From contig JAZDKI010000020.1 in assembly GCA_043803165.1 (NCBI GenBank), positions 1 through 55,173 of the forward strand: a DNA stretch of 55,173 nucleotides. The letters are read 5' to 3'. The notes under the pieces are model-generated. The model did no database searches. It was not told the DNA's origin and worked only from the letters and a program-made list of their open reading frames with translations. Within the stretch, counting starts at the first letter, position 1. Each line of letters begins with the position of its first letter. Source of the stretch: Candidatus Micrarchaeota archaeon. GTDB taxonomy: Archaea > Micrarchaeota > Micrarchaeia > Anstonellales > Bilamarchaeaceae. Of this stretch, positions 45,731 to 54,037 are shown one piece after another. The position numbers were made by a program, and so were the translations under genes.

Positions 45731-46171
45731 TCAGCACGACGCAGCTGGCAGTTCCCTTCCGGCCCTGGCTTCCGCGGCACTCAGGACCTCGGCGATATCA
45801 TACCTGCCAGCCTCGATCGCGATATCCCTGGCGGTCTCCCCGCAGATGCTCCTCGCCAGCACATCCGCCCCCCTTTCGATGAGAAGCTCCACGATCTCCT
45901 TGTACCTGCCGCCCTTCTCCCCGCCCCGGGCGGCCCACATCAGCTTGGTCAGCGAGTTGGTGTCCCGACCGTTGACATCGGCGCCTTCATTGACGCTTTT
46001 TTCAGCCCGCTCAAAATCCCCCTTCATGCAAGCCATTTTCAAATCTCTATCTATAGGGCGTCTCTGCGTATCCGGGTCAGACGGCGCGGTGCACCGGAAC
46101 CTCCCTGAATCATCTTCCCTTCTGGATTCGGTCAGATCAGGACGCAGCAATCTCTCAGTTCTATGCCTCAT
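45731..46171 (-). CDS. ankyrin-repeat protein
   Basis: Ankyrin-like segments are ACMKGDFERAEKSVNEGADVNGRD, TKLMWAARGGE...IVELLIERGADV and ETARDIAIEAGRYDIAEVL. The N-terminal 45 aa are doubtful. Confidence 0.6.
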   Translation of the reverse strand: MRHRTERLLRPDLTESRREDDSGRFRCTAPSDPDTQRRPIDRDLKMACMKGDFERAEKSVNEGADVNGRDTNSLTKLMWAARGGEKGGRYKEIVELLIERGADVLARSICGETARDIAIEAGRYDIAEVLSAAEARAGRELPAASC

Positions 46172-46268
46172 CCCCCCACCCCCACACAGTTTTATTGAGA
46201 AAATGTGTTTAAAACACTATCTAAGGGCAGAAAAAAGGTAAAAACGTATCTGGATTGTGGGGATAATG

Positions 46269-46314
46269 AAAAAAATGCAGGAGGAAGACCCTCCGGGCAG
46301 TTCTGAGGTCTGCA
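46269..46314. repeat. island repeat copy A (5' box + 3' box, 46 bp)
   Basis: The copy reads AAAAAAATGCAGGAGGAAGACCCTCCGGGCAGTTCTGAGGTCTGC. AGACC(C)TC pairs with GAGGTCT as an imperfect inverted repeat. Confidence 0.7.
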
Positions 46315-46430
46315 AGAAAGAGACTATCCTTTCCTTCCGGCGCAGGTAAGGATAAGGGCGGACCTAATCTTTTCCAAAACTAGAGAATAGAAAACCGGCA
46401 TCTTAGCGCCGGAGACAAAAAAGGGAAAAA

Positions 46431-46793
46431 TCAGCCGGCGCTTGTAGAGCCGAAAGCCGCGACGCAATGATCCTTATCGGTCCCTGAGAACCGGTTGCAG
46501 AGCGTCATATCCCCATTGGTCTTGGCCACGGTGCCGTAGCATGACGGGATGTTCGGCAAGTTATCCAGCTGGTCGCACCAGTAGGTGTCTTGCGTGCGTG
46601 CTCCCTCCTCGGCCCTGCAGCCATCTATGCAGAACGAGCCGTTTCCTGAATTTCCAGGCTCGCACTGGGATACGCATCTTTGGAAATTCGCGCTTCCCTG
46701 GCCCTGGGGCGCGGCGGTTCCGTTGCCGGCACCCGGACTGGCGCATCCGGCCAGCATCAACCCTAGAATCAATACGAGACACAATCTTTTCAT
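46431..46793 (-). CDS. small Cys-rich putative lipoprotein
   Basis: The signal is MKRLCLVLILGLMLAGC (lipobox LAGC). The start is set at ATG 46793, although 46814 is possible. The mature part of about 100 aa contains 9 Cys. Confidence 0.65.
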   Translation of the reverse strand: MKRLCLVLILGLMLAGCASPGAGNGTAAPQGQGSANFQRCVSQCEPGNSGNGSFCIDGCRAEEGARTQDTYWCDQLDNLPNIPSCYGTVAKTNGDMTLCNRFSGTDKDHCVAAFGSTSAG

Positions 46794-46838
46794 GATGGCG
46801 GTAGTATCGGGCAAACTCTAATATGCTTTGCCAAAACC

Positions 46839-46997
46839 AAAAAATGCAGGAGGAAGACCCTGAGGCCACGGCTCGGGACAGGACCGTTTAGGCCCCGAGC
46901 CCAAGTCTCGAATCTCGCACCCCGCACAGATACTTGGTTTCAGGTCAGCAGAAACCCCCTGCCGATCCTCCGTTACCGAGGGCTGTTCTGAGGAGAG
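46839..46997. repeat. island repeat copy B (long form, ~159 bp)
   Basis: The 5' box AAAAAATGCAGGAGGAAGACCCT is identical over 23 nt to copy A. A central hairpin GGCTCGGG...CCCGAGCC is present. The 3' box GGGCTGTTCTGAGG (46978-46997) matches copy A GGGCAGTTCTGAGG. Confidence 0.65.
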
Positions 46998-47020
46998 AAT
47001 TATATAAATCTAGCTCTGGC

Positions 47021-47533
47021 TCACATCTTCTGGTATCCGAAGCCTTTTGATTCGTAAACGATCCTTGTTATCTCAGCGACGAAATCCCGGGCATCAGAAA
47101 GCACCCTGTCAGCCTCGGTGGAAGTTATCCCGCCCAACCCATATGAGGCCTTTATCCGTTCGCTTTTTGCATATTCCAGTGAATCGGAATATCTGCTGTC
47201 TAGACTTTTCGCCTTCTTTACGTATTCCAGATATTCTTTATCGACTTTCTGCCGCTTCACATAAAACACTTCGAAGGCAGCTATGGCGCACTCGTGCGAT
47301 CTGGCGTCTATGCCGATCAGCCATATGCTTGCCATAGTAGCATGGTACATGGCGTAATATGCGCAGGAAATCGTCCAGTCGAAGAATTTGTTGTCATTCA
47401 TGAGTTTCGCAGCAATCAGGTTCCTATTGGCCTTCTCCAGATGCTCTTCTGCCTTCTCGATGCTTGCCGGAACCTTCAGCAGCCTTTTAGGCACATTCGC
47501 GGCCCCTTCGAAACAGCGGTCGATCAGATTCAT
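47021..47533 (-). CDS. HEPN-domain protein (toxin partner of MNT)
   Basis: The 170-aa product has HEPN-like helices (AEEHLEKANRNLIAAKLM ... YYAMYHATMASIW ... LDSRYSDS). A 4-nt overlap links it to the upstream nucleotidyltransferase gene. Confidence 0.7.
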   Translation of the reverse strand: MNLIDRCFEGAANVPKRLLKVPASIEKAEEHLEKANRNLIAAKLMNDNKFFDWTISCAYYAMYHATMASIWLIGIDARSHECAIAAFEVFYVKRQKVDKEYLEYVKKAKSLDSRYSDSLEYAKSERIKASYGLGGITSTEADRVLSDARDFVAEITRIVYESKGFGYQKM

Positions 47534-48156
47534 CCCGGTTCACCCATCTCCAGCACATCTCTCCAAAATTCTTCATCCCCGTATAGTATGATGTGGTCCT
47601 GCCACAATGTCGTGTAGACTGGCTCTTTCTTCCATCTCGATTTCAGTTCATCTATCGAGACGGTATGCATCGAGAATCGCCTGCCGCTGAGTGCCTCCAT
47701 CTTCTTTGCCAGATCGTTGAGCTGCTTCTCAAATGCATCATCCTTCTGCTTCAACACGAACAAAAGGTCGATATCGCTCTCTTTCCTGGCTTCGCCTCTC
47801 GCAGCAGAGCCGAAAAGGATCACATACCGGATGCCTGCCGCCCCGGTGTCTTTCGCTATGGCTTGGAGATTGATGCCGATTTTTGGATTCTTTGCGTAAA
47901 ATGCCTGCCGCCGCTCCATCTCCAGCAGGGAGAATATCTTCAAGACCAATTCGTGTTTCCTGTTGAGCGTGTACTCTTTTATCTTGCCTTTCGTCTTGGA
48001 TTCTACGGCCTTTATCTTTTCAAGCTCCTTCAGGTAATGCTGGACCCTCTCGTAGGATAATTCGCAGTCCTTTGCGATTTCCCGGATGTACTTCGCTTTG
48101 GAAGGGGCGAAGAAGAATGGCTTGAGGACGGCTTTCGCGTTGTCTATCGAGACCAT
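47530..48156 (-). CDS. wHTH-fused minimal nucleotidyltransferase (MNT antitoxin-like)
   Basis: The nucleotidyltransferase motif is ILFGSAARGEARKESDIDLLFV. The N-terminal ~100 aa are wHTH-like (IREIAKDCELSYERVQHYLKELEK). Confidence 0.75.
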   Translation of the reverse strand: MVSIDNAKAVLKPFFFAPSKAKYIREIAKDCELSYERVQHYLKELEKIKAVESKTKGKIKEYTLNRKHELVLKIFSLLEMERRQAFYAKNPKIGINLQAIAKDTGAAGIRYVILFGSAARGEARKESDIDLLFVLKQKDDAFEKQLNDLAKKMEALSGRRFSMHTVSIDELKSRWKKEPVYTTLWQDHIILYGDEEFWRDVLEMGEPG

Positions 48157-48198
48157 GACAGAGATAGCACTGGAAAATTATTTAAATCTACTGAATTT

Positions 48199-48214
48199 TC
48201 AATCATATGATTGA
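48199..48214. promoter_or_regulatory. perfect 16-bp palindrome TCAATCATATGATTGA next to the MNT promoter (putative operator)
   Basis: The palindrome lies just upstream of a TATA-like box (48179-48186, minus strand TTTAAATA), 22 nt from the MNT ATG. It is flanked by direct repeats GAATTTTCAATCA and GATTTTCCAATCA. Confidence 0.5.
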
Positions 48215-48313
48215 TTTTCCAATCAATAATTTCCAACCACGCTATTCCTCAACCTTTTACTTTTTTTAGCCATTTCCCATTCTGCAATGCGCTGGAAACT
48301 GGAGAAGAGATAG

Positions 48314-49312
48314 CTACTCCATCGGTGGATAGCATCCGGGCATGAAATCCACTTTATCTTCCCTCGCTATCAGTATGGAATCATAGCTCTTCACAATATC
48401 TCCAAACTTTTCCCTTATCTCCTTCATGTGACTATGGAAGCTCTCGAAATTGGGCACTTCGAATTCCAGTTCGACATCCCAGCTTCCGTATATAGTCACC
48501 ATGTTCAGTATATCACTGTGATATTTGCAATACTCTAAGAATTCGTTTATCCTTTTCTGGTTCATTCCCTTTAGATACACAAATGATTTGCAGAATTCGT
48601 ATCCATATCTGTCCAGGTCGAAACTTATCCTGTATGAGAGTATCACCTTCTGTTGCTCCATCCTCTTTATCCTGTGCCGTACTATCGTCAGACTGGTTTT
48701 CGTAAGTTCCGCTATTTTCGTGAACGACATCCTAGCATTGTTCGCTATTATTTTCAGTATCTCCCTATCCGTCTCGTCCAGCTCCAATTTCTCCGCCTTC
48801 CCGCCTACATCCGATGAGATCGGCTCTTCATCCGTTTTATAGAGCCACTTCCTGTTCTGCTGTATATTATGCTCGGTCGTGCTCACATCCTTCGCGAGTA
48901 TATAGCTGCTGAACATGCTTAAGAAATCCCCAAGGAAGGACTCCTCTAGATCCACTACGTCCTCTGCCCATGCGCCAACTATCATATCCCATCTGCCCGA
49001 AGACATACACGACCATCCATACCGCGGGTGCGCGTGGAGGTAGTCCATCATCTCCTTCTCCGTCTTTTGCGTCATGTTCTGCAGCTGGAGGTAGATTTTG
49101 AAGAAATAATAGCCGAATTTCGCCGTGTTTATTATTGTATAGAATTTGGATATGCGCCCTTTTTCCCGCAACCGCTTAATCCGATAATGCAGCGCTTCCT
49201 TGCTTATGCCTACTTTTCTAGAGAGCGTGCTCAGCGGCATCCTCGAATTTCTGTCCAGGTGGTAGAGTATTCTCCAGTCTGTTTTGTCCAATTCCTTCAT
49301 ATTCCTTAACAT
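48314..49312 (-). CDS. tandem-duplicated Lrp/AsnC-type transcription regulator
   Basis: Two HTH_AsnC-like modules (LDKTDWRILYHLDRNSRMPLSTLSRKVGISKEALHYRIKRL and LDETDREILKIIANNARMSFTKIAELTKTSLTIVRHRIKRM) are each followed by a RAM-like segment. Confidence 0.75.
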   Translation of the reverse strand: MLRNMKELDKTDWRILYHLDRNSRMPLSTLSRKVGISKEALHYRIKRLREKGRISKFYTIINTAKFGYYFFKIYLQLQNMTQKTEKEMMDYLHAHPRYGWSCMSSGRWDMIVGAWAEDVVDLEESFLGDFLSMFSSYILAKDVSTTEHNIQQNRKWLYKTDEEPISSDVGGKAEKLELDETDREILKIIANNARMSFTKIAELTKTSLTIVRHRIKRMEQQKVILSYRISFDLDRYGYEFCKSFVYLKGMNQKRINEFLEYCKYHSDILNMVTIYGSWDVELEFEVPNFESFHSHMKEIREKFGDIVKSYDSILIAREDKVDFMPGCYPPME

Positions 49313-49397
49313 ATTTGTATAATTTTATTAATTTATACATTTTTGTTAAAATTATTTATCGAAACATTTATTATCATGAAAGACACCTACATATCAC

Positions 49398-49955
49398 ATG
49401 AGAGGTATAAGAATTGGACAGGAGATACCCGGGAATGGCGAGCAGCCTAAGCTCGTGTGCGGCAGGCATGGATTCGTAAGGGCACATACGCTCATAAACC
49501 CGCCTTTTGGAGCGAGGGAAATGAACCGGAGGGCAAGGGAATTGCTGAGGAGCCTCGAACGAGTCGATGGAATGGTCAGCAGGGGGAAATTGCCCAAGGA
49601 TTTTGAGGTTCCTTTCTATGGCGACACCGTAAATCCCTCCGCCCTGGGTGAGGAGATTTACGAACGGGCCTTCTATGTTCCTTACACGCCTGCACGGTTG
49701 CTTATTACCACCATGGCAACAATTACACCACTTGCTTTGCTGTCAAATCAAATAGAGCGTCTCGCCTTTCCCACCAATATTATTGTTTTCTTCTCATCCT
49801 TGGCCGGTTGGTCTACACTTGTTTCTTTCGTAGGCTCTTATATCGCAGCTCGCCAAGTCCTTCTTGATGAAACAAGGGAACTGATTTCTTCTCATCCAAT
49901 TCTGGTGGAACTGCCAAAAGCCATTAACAAAGCAATTGAAGCTAGAAATGGCTAG
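49398..49955 (+). CDS. hypothetical membrane protein (weak call)
   Basis: This is the only plus-strand ORF in the array. The C-terminal half has two hydrophobic helices (LLITTMATITPLALL, IIVFFSSLAGWSTLVSFVGSYI). The start is uncertain. Confidence 0.4.
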   Translation: MRGIRIGQEIPGNGEQPKLVCGRHGFVRAHTLINPPFGAREMNRRARELLRSLERVDGMVSRGKLPKDFEVPFYGDTVNPSALGEEIYERAFYVPYTPARLLITTMATITPLALLSNQIERLAFPTNIIVFFSSLAGWSTLVSFVGSYIAARQVLLDETRELISSHPILVELPKAINKAIEARNG

Positions 49956-50150
49956 TGCATACTATGTGACTCATATCTTCGCAGGCCATAGTGAAGATCC
50001 GAGCTCTTAATGAAAAATAGTCCGGGCGTCCTGAGACTAGGCCTCAGAGCACTATCGGCAGGATTCGAGTATTGCTGCGAATCACTAAACCTGCATCTTG
50101 GGTATCTATCCCTTAAACTGTCGTCGAGGATTCTAAAAGAAGAGAAGCAG

Positions 50151-50264
50151 AAAAAATGCAGCAGGAGGGATTCGAGATTATGGTTCGAATCCCTTTCCTA
50201 CTGTCCTGAGCCTACGTTACTATGCAGGAGGAAGGGCCTCAGAGCAGGTCAGAGGTCTGAGCAG
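50151..50264. repeat. island repeat copies C1 and C2
   Basis: C1 (50151-50212) reads AAAAAATGCAGCAGGAGGGATTCGAGATTATGGTTCGAATCCC...TGTCCTGAGCC. C2 (50222-50264) reads ATGCAGGAGGAAGGGCCTCAGAGCAGGTCAGAGGTCTGAGCAG. Confidence 0.65.
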
Positions 50265-50286
50265 CCCCTTTCGACCAAATCTATGG

Positions 50287-51660
50287 TTAGCGTCTATATT
50301 CTTCAATAAACGAAGCAAGCGTATAACCCAAGAATTGCGGCAAACTGCGGTTCTCCAATGCGCGGTAATAATTCTGTTTCGATTTTTCCAGTATCGTTAT
50401 CGGCAGGTATCCCCGTTGCTTCAGGATGTGATTCATTAAAAGGCGGCCGACCCTCCCATTCCCATCTTCGAAGGGATGGATCATCTCGAACTCCATATGG
50501 AATATCGATGCCAATACGAATGGGTGTGCCGTGTCCTTGTTCTGGGCATACCACTCGATCAGGATCCTCATCCGTTCCTTGACGTGCTGCGGGGGGGTTG
50601 TCGGGCTGCTTGGCTTCACATAATTGTAGAATCGTTTATATTCGCCCGGATTATCTGCGATATCCTTCTGCACCATGAAATGGAGCTCTTGGATAAGCCC
50701 CTCGCTGATATCTTCTTTCACCTTGAGCTTGAGGAATCGGAGGGCATGCCTGATATTCGAAGTTTCATGAAGCTCTCGTTTCGAGATCCTCTCCGGTCTC
50801 TTGCCGTTTTTCAGATACCGGTCGACATCCTTCTCGCTCATCGTGTTGCCTTCGATGCTATTGGTATTGTAGATATATTTCCGTTCCCACTGGTCGAACA
50901 AAGCGGCGCGTATCGGCTCGTCCAATGCATTCAGGAAAAGCAGGTACTCTTTTGTGACCTGATCGGCATTCTTCAGCAAGTCGTTCAACCGCTGGTCAGG
51001 AACGAATCCGGATGATTTGGACAAAACCTCGATGTCGGCGTTCGCAGAATACGCCTGATCGCATATCCGGACCACCTCTGGTTCGCTTTCGACAGGTTTC
51101 ACACTGATCCGGGATTTCGTGAGATCGGTCCGCTCTATGGTTTTCTGGAAATCTATCAGGTTATAGCTTGGTTTAAGGTCATGGTATTCCAGCAGGGAAG
51201 AGACCAAGGCCTCATTTATCTTGAGGCAATATGCCGAAGGCCGCTTTGACAACCTGAGGACAATCCTCAGAGGGATCGCGATATGTTCCATCCGGTTTAT
51301 CTGGCTCTGAGAGAACATTTTCCGGCTTTCAGGGAGTTTATGGCATAATTTGGTCAGGATATCCCTGAAAGTCGGCGTCAACAAGAGGTGGAACCTCTCC
51401 GGCGTCATGGCCTGGAGATCGAGGATGATGCGCAGTTTTTCGTTGGCTTTGTTCACTATATATGTCCCGGAATGTGTTTTCTGGATGAGATTCTCTCCTG
51501 CCAGCTCTTTCAGGTAGGTGTATACGTTGGGAAGGGAGATCCCGGTTTTCTTTGAGATATCGTTAGGACTGGCGGCTCCGGTGCTCTCGAATAGCATCTT
51601 GAGGATATCGAATTTTCTCATAATTGTTGTTATGGCATTACTATATATAAATATATGCAT
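50287..51660 (-). CDS. wHTH-Fic domain protein (class II-like, internal inhibitory motif)
   Basis: The Fic motif is HPFEDGNGRVGRLLMNHIL. An upstream TNSIEGN matches the (S/T)xxxE(G/N) inhibitory-helix pattern. The N-terminal wHTH is ISKKTGISLPNVYTYLKELAGENLI. Confidence 0.8.
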   Translation of the reverse strand: MHIFIYSNAITTIMRKFDILKMLFESTGAASPNDISKKTGISLPNVYTYLKELAGENLIQKTHSGTYIVNKANEKLRIILDLQAMTPERFHLLLTPTFRDILTKLCHKLPESRKMFSQSQINRMEHIAIPLRIVLRLSKRPSAYCLKINEALVSSLLEYHDLKPSYNLIDFQKTIERTDLTKSRISVKPVESEPEVVRICDQAYSANADIEVLSKSSGFVPDQRLNDLLKNADQVTKEYLLFLNALDEPIRAALFDQWERKYIYNTNSIEGNTMSEKDVDRYLKNGKRPERISKRELHETSNIRHALRFLKLKVKEDISEGLIQELHFMVQKDIADNPGEYKRFYNYVKPSSPTTPPQHVKERMRILIEWYAQNKDTAHPFVLASIFHMEFEMIHPFEDGNGRVGRLLMNHILKQRGYLPITILEKSKQNYYRALENRSLPQFLGYTLASFIEEYRR

Positions 51661-51906
51661 TTAGGGCTAAATATAGCTAAATCTGCTTTAATTGATGAAA
51701 ATTATATACAGATAGATGTACTGTGTGCGTAGGTAACACTTATCCAAAAGTGAATAATATAATCCACAAATGCATGTGGTTTCCATCCGGCGTTGTGACC
51801 TATATGCCTACAAAATATCTGTCTATGCAAAATGTAGACATACGCATGGCATTTTTGTAGTGGGGAATAATTTTCGTTATTTTCGTTTTTGAGTCACCAC
51901 TACGAG

Positions 51907-51936
51907 AAGACCCTCTGAACAGCTCTGAGGTCTGAC
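51907..51936. repeat. island repeat copy D (short form), abutting a stop codon
   Basis: The copy reads GAAGACCCTCTGAACAGCTCTGAGGTCTGA. It ends 2 nt from the stop (51939-51941) of the 339-aa gene. Confidence 0.6.
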
Positions 51937-51938
51937 CC

Positions 51939-52958
51939 TTATTTGAGAAAGGAAGTCGTTTCTGGTTCAGAGGTAAAACTGGGAATCTCAATGCGTCCTC
52001 GCAATCTAAGCCAGTTCTCAACAATCGTGTCAATGAATTGCCCGATTAAAGGTGCCTGCCATGCGAAATATTTCGAGGCTTCGTTCATGCGCTGCTCGGG
52101 GGATCTATCATCCATTGGTCGATGAGGATCGATTCCACTATAGCAGAGCACGATCTTCATCTTACGGATATAATCCCAAAAAGCTTCTTTGCCTCCAGGT
52201 CCGTGATAAATCCATGGCAGGGCAAAAATGGACGTGACCCTGTTGTTATGGTAGACTGTTTCCCCATAGCAAATCGATGGCGGCGGCCGGTATTCTGCAG
52301 TAGCAAATACAGGAGATGAGACATCCTGATTTTCAGGAATCGAGTGGGGGTCAGGCAGTTCTAACGCCCGTCGTATGACTTCGGCCATATGCTCGTATCT
52401 GTTGGGGTAAAACGAGGGAGGAAGCATCTCGCTTGTCGGAAGAAGAAAGCCTTCAGAATTGCACAAATCGAGGACACCCGCATCCCCGATAATCGGTCGT
52501 ATCCCGTTATCGATCGTCATCTTCAATAAGGACCACATCAGTCTGTTTGCTGGATCTTGGGTAAAATATCGTTCGAGGTGATGTATCGCCCCGCAAGAAT
52601 CTTGATTTATCGCGCCCATCTTTCCCTCGCCTTGGAAATGCGACCTGAGTCTATCTGCGATGCGGTAAGGCATATTCCCCCTACAATCCTCAACTCGCTT
52701 CACTTGAGTCGAATGGTAACGTAACCCAGTATCTGACACAACCGATGCGATATAGTTTGCAATCGCATTCCTTGATACCCGCTCTGGGCCAGTCCCCATT
52801 CTCTTACTCAATTCCAAGCGGACCAGGGAGATTAGCGATTTGCCATCGCATGTCTCTCTGTCAATAAATCCGATCAAGACATCGTAATCAAATCTTCTTT
52901 TTAACTCCGGATTCCCCTCTCCTTCGCAACCTAGTCCAGTTCGGCCAATCCTTTTCAT
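51939..52958 (-). CDS. hypothetical protein (339 aa, orphan)
   Basis: A long clean ORF at about 45% GC with no motif I can name. It lies 45 nt downstream of the HTH_10 gene. Confidence 0.65.
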   Translation of the reverse strand: MKRIGRTGLGCEGEGNPELKRRFDYDVLIGFIDRETCDGKSLISLVRLELSKRMGTGPERVSRNAIANYIASVVSDTGLRYHSTQVKRVEDCRGNMPYRIADRLRSHFQGEGKMGAINQDSCGAIHHLERYFTQDPANRLMWSLLKMTIDNGIRPIIGDAGVLDLCNSEGFLLPTSEMLPPSFYPNRYEHMAEVIRRALELPDPHSIPENQDVSSPVFATAEYRPPPSICYGETVYHNNRVTSIFALPWIYHGPGGKEAFWDYIRKMKIVLCYSGIDPHRPMDDRSPEQRMNEASKYFAWQAPLIGQFIDTIVENWLRLRGRIEIPSFTSEPETTSFLK

Positions 52959-53003
52959 GATATTTCATCATCATTTAACACAAAAAAGAATAGCTGACAC
53001 ATG

Positions 53004-53687
53004 TCATGAGGTATATAGATAGTCCAGTAACCAAGGCATGACCTTCCCCTCGGCTTTTCTTATAAGTTCCTGGATGGTCCGCCTTTTACGCCCGCTTTTC
53101 TTCGCCAGTTTTTCCAGGTTATTCACCTTCGGCCAAGAATAATATCCGCTGGCGATAGCGAAAGCGATGGCATCGCGCTGTTTCTGTGTAAGCCCCGGAA
53201 TCGCATTTATCGAAGGAGAGGGACTACCACCATCTTTCACGCGGAAAATCTTGACTTCTCCAATATCTTCGAACTCTTCTATGAGCCTTTTCATAACGTT
53301 CGGCTGCTCAGAAAAAACAGAATAAGCCTCATAGCTCCCCTTGGAGTACGTATTCGAGTAGTACGAGGTCCCGGATTTCATGACCAGTTCATATGACGAA
53401 CAACCGCTCGACTTCCAAGTTATGCCGACCAACGCATCCATTGCGTTTTTTGAAAGAAGTTTTGCGTCCAGCACGCCACTCCTCGACTTCAGGAACTTCA
53501 AATAATCAGATATAGCCGAATCGCAAGCAGAACCGATTTTCCATACGCCTCGACTTACTTTCTTTCCATTTTCTAAAGCACGGATTGATCTCGGCCCCCA
53601 TTCGCAGGAAAAGATATCAGTAAACATATTGATCGAATCGGTATTCCAGCAATTATGATGGTAAACGCCCAATTCGTATAGTTTCAT
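53004..53687 (-). CDS. HTH_10 (bacterio-opsin activator-type) transcription regulator
   Basis: The C-terminal LTQKQRDAIAFAIASGYYSWPKVNNLEKLAKKSGRKRRTIQELIRKAEGKV is the HTH_10 signature (LT.rQ...l..A...GYy..PR). Confidence 0.7.
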   Translation of the reverse strand: MKLYELGVYHHNCWNTDSINMFTDIFSCEWGPRSIRALENGKKVSRGVWKIGSACDSAISDYLKFLKSRSGVLDAKLLSKNAMDALVGITWKSSGCSSYELVMKSGTSYYSNTYSKGSYEAYSVFSEQPNVMKRLIEEFEDIGEVKIFRVKDGGSPSPSINAIPGLTQKQRDAIAFAIASGYYSWPKVNNLEKLAKKSGRKRRTIQELIRKAEGKVMPWLLDYLYTS

Positions 53688-54037
53688 ACCTCTATCGATG
53701 TCTATATCGTGTTAAAAAACTATCTTTCATGGATGTGGACATCTCTTGTCTACTTTTTTGAAGGGAATGACCTAGGCCTCAGAGACATTTATTAATCTCT
53801 CTTCTCAGACCCTCTCTCGGCGGATGGAACATATCTGGCTAAACTTAGAAAGATCATCTGAGAGCTACTGGTAGGTAATAGGAGAATCGAAAAATAATTG
53901 AACTTGTAACCGCCGGATGGCTGTCGCAGGTTATTGCCGAAGGCAGTCAGATTATCCGGCTGATAAGGATGGCACATGAAGTTCAAAGATTAATCTGTAA
54001 TGCTATAATTCATCTACTGCCCATTGATCGCTACATA

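Noticed and set aside
46274-46340. Mini-ORFs starting in the repeat 5' box (MQEEDP..., MQEEGP..., MQQEGF..., MQEEHG*), each preceded by an A-run.
   Set aside because: Lengths are 5-24 codons with no conservation after the fifth codon, and stops fall at different places. The conservation is at the nucleotide and structure level, not the peptide level.
46172-47020. The island repeat read as a Shine-Dalgarno/start signal (AGGAGG within GCAGGAGGAAG).
   Set aside because: All neighbouring genes are on the opposite strand and no plus-strand ORF follows the motif.
50165-50194. GGGATTCGAGATTATGGTTCGAATCCC contains a tRNA T-loop-like GGTTCGAATCC.
   Set aside because: No acceptor, D or anticodon arms are present. 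The T stem would be only 2 bp. The sequence is better read as a 9-bp hairpin belonging to the island repeat family.
50010-50309. A 99-aa plus-strand ORF in the Fic 3' spacer. The 64-aa ORF at 53792-53986 and the 77-aa ORF at 51800-52033 are similar cases.
   Set aside because: They are composed largely of island repeat copies and hairpins, or overlap a neighbouring gene. They have no start context and low-complexity products.
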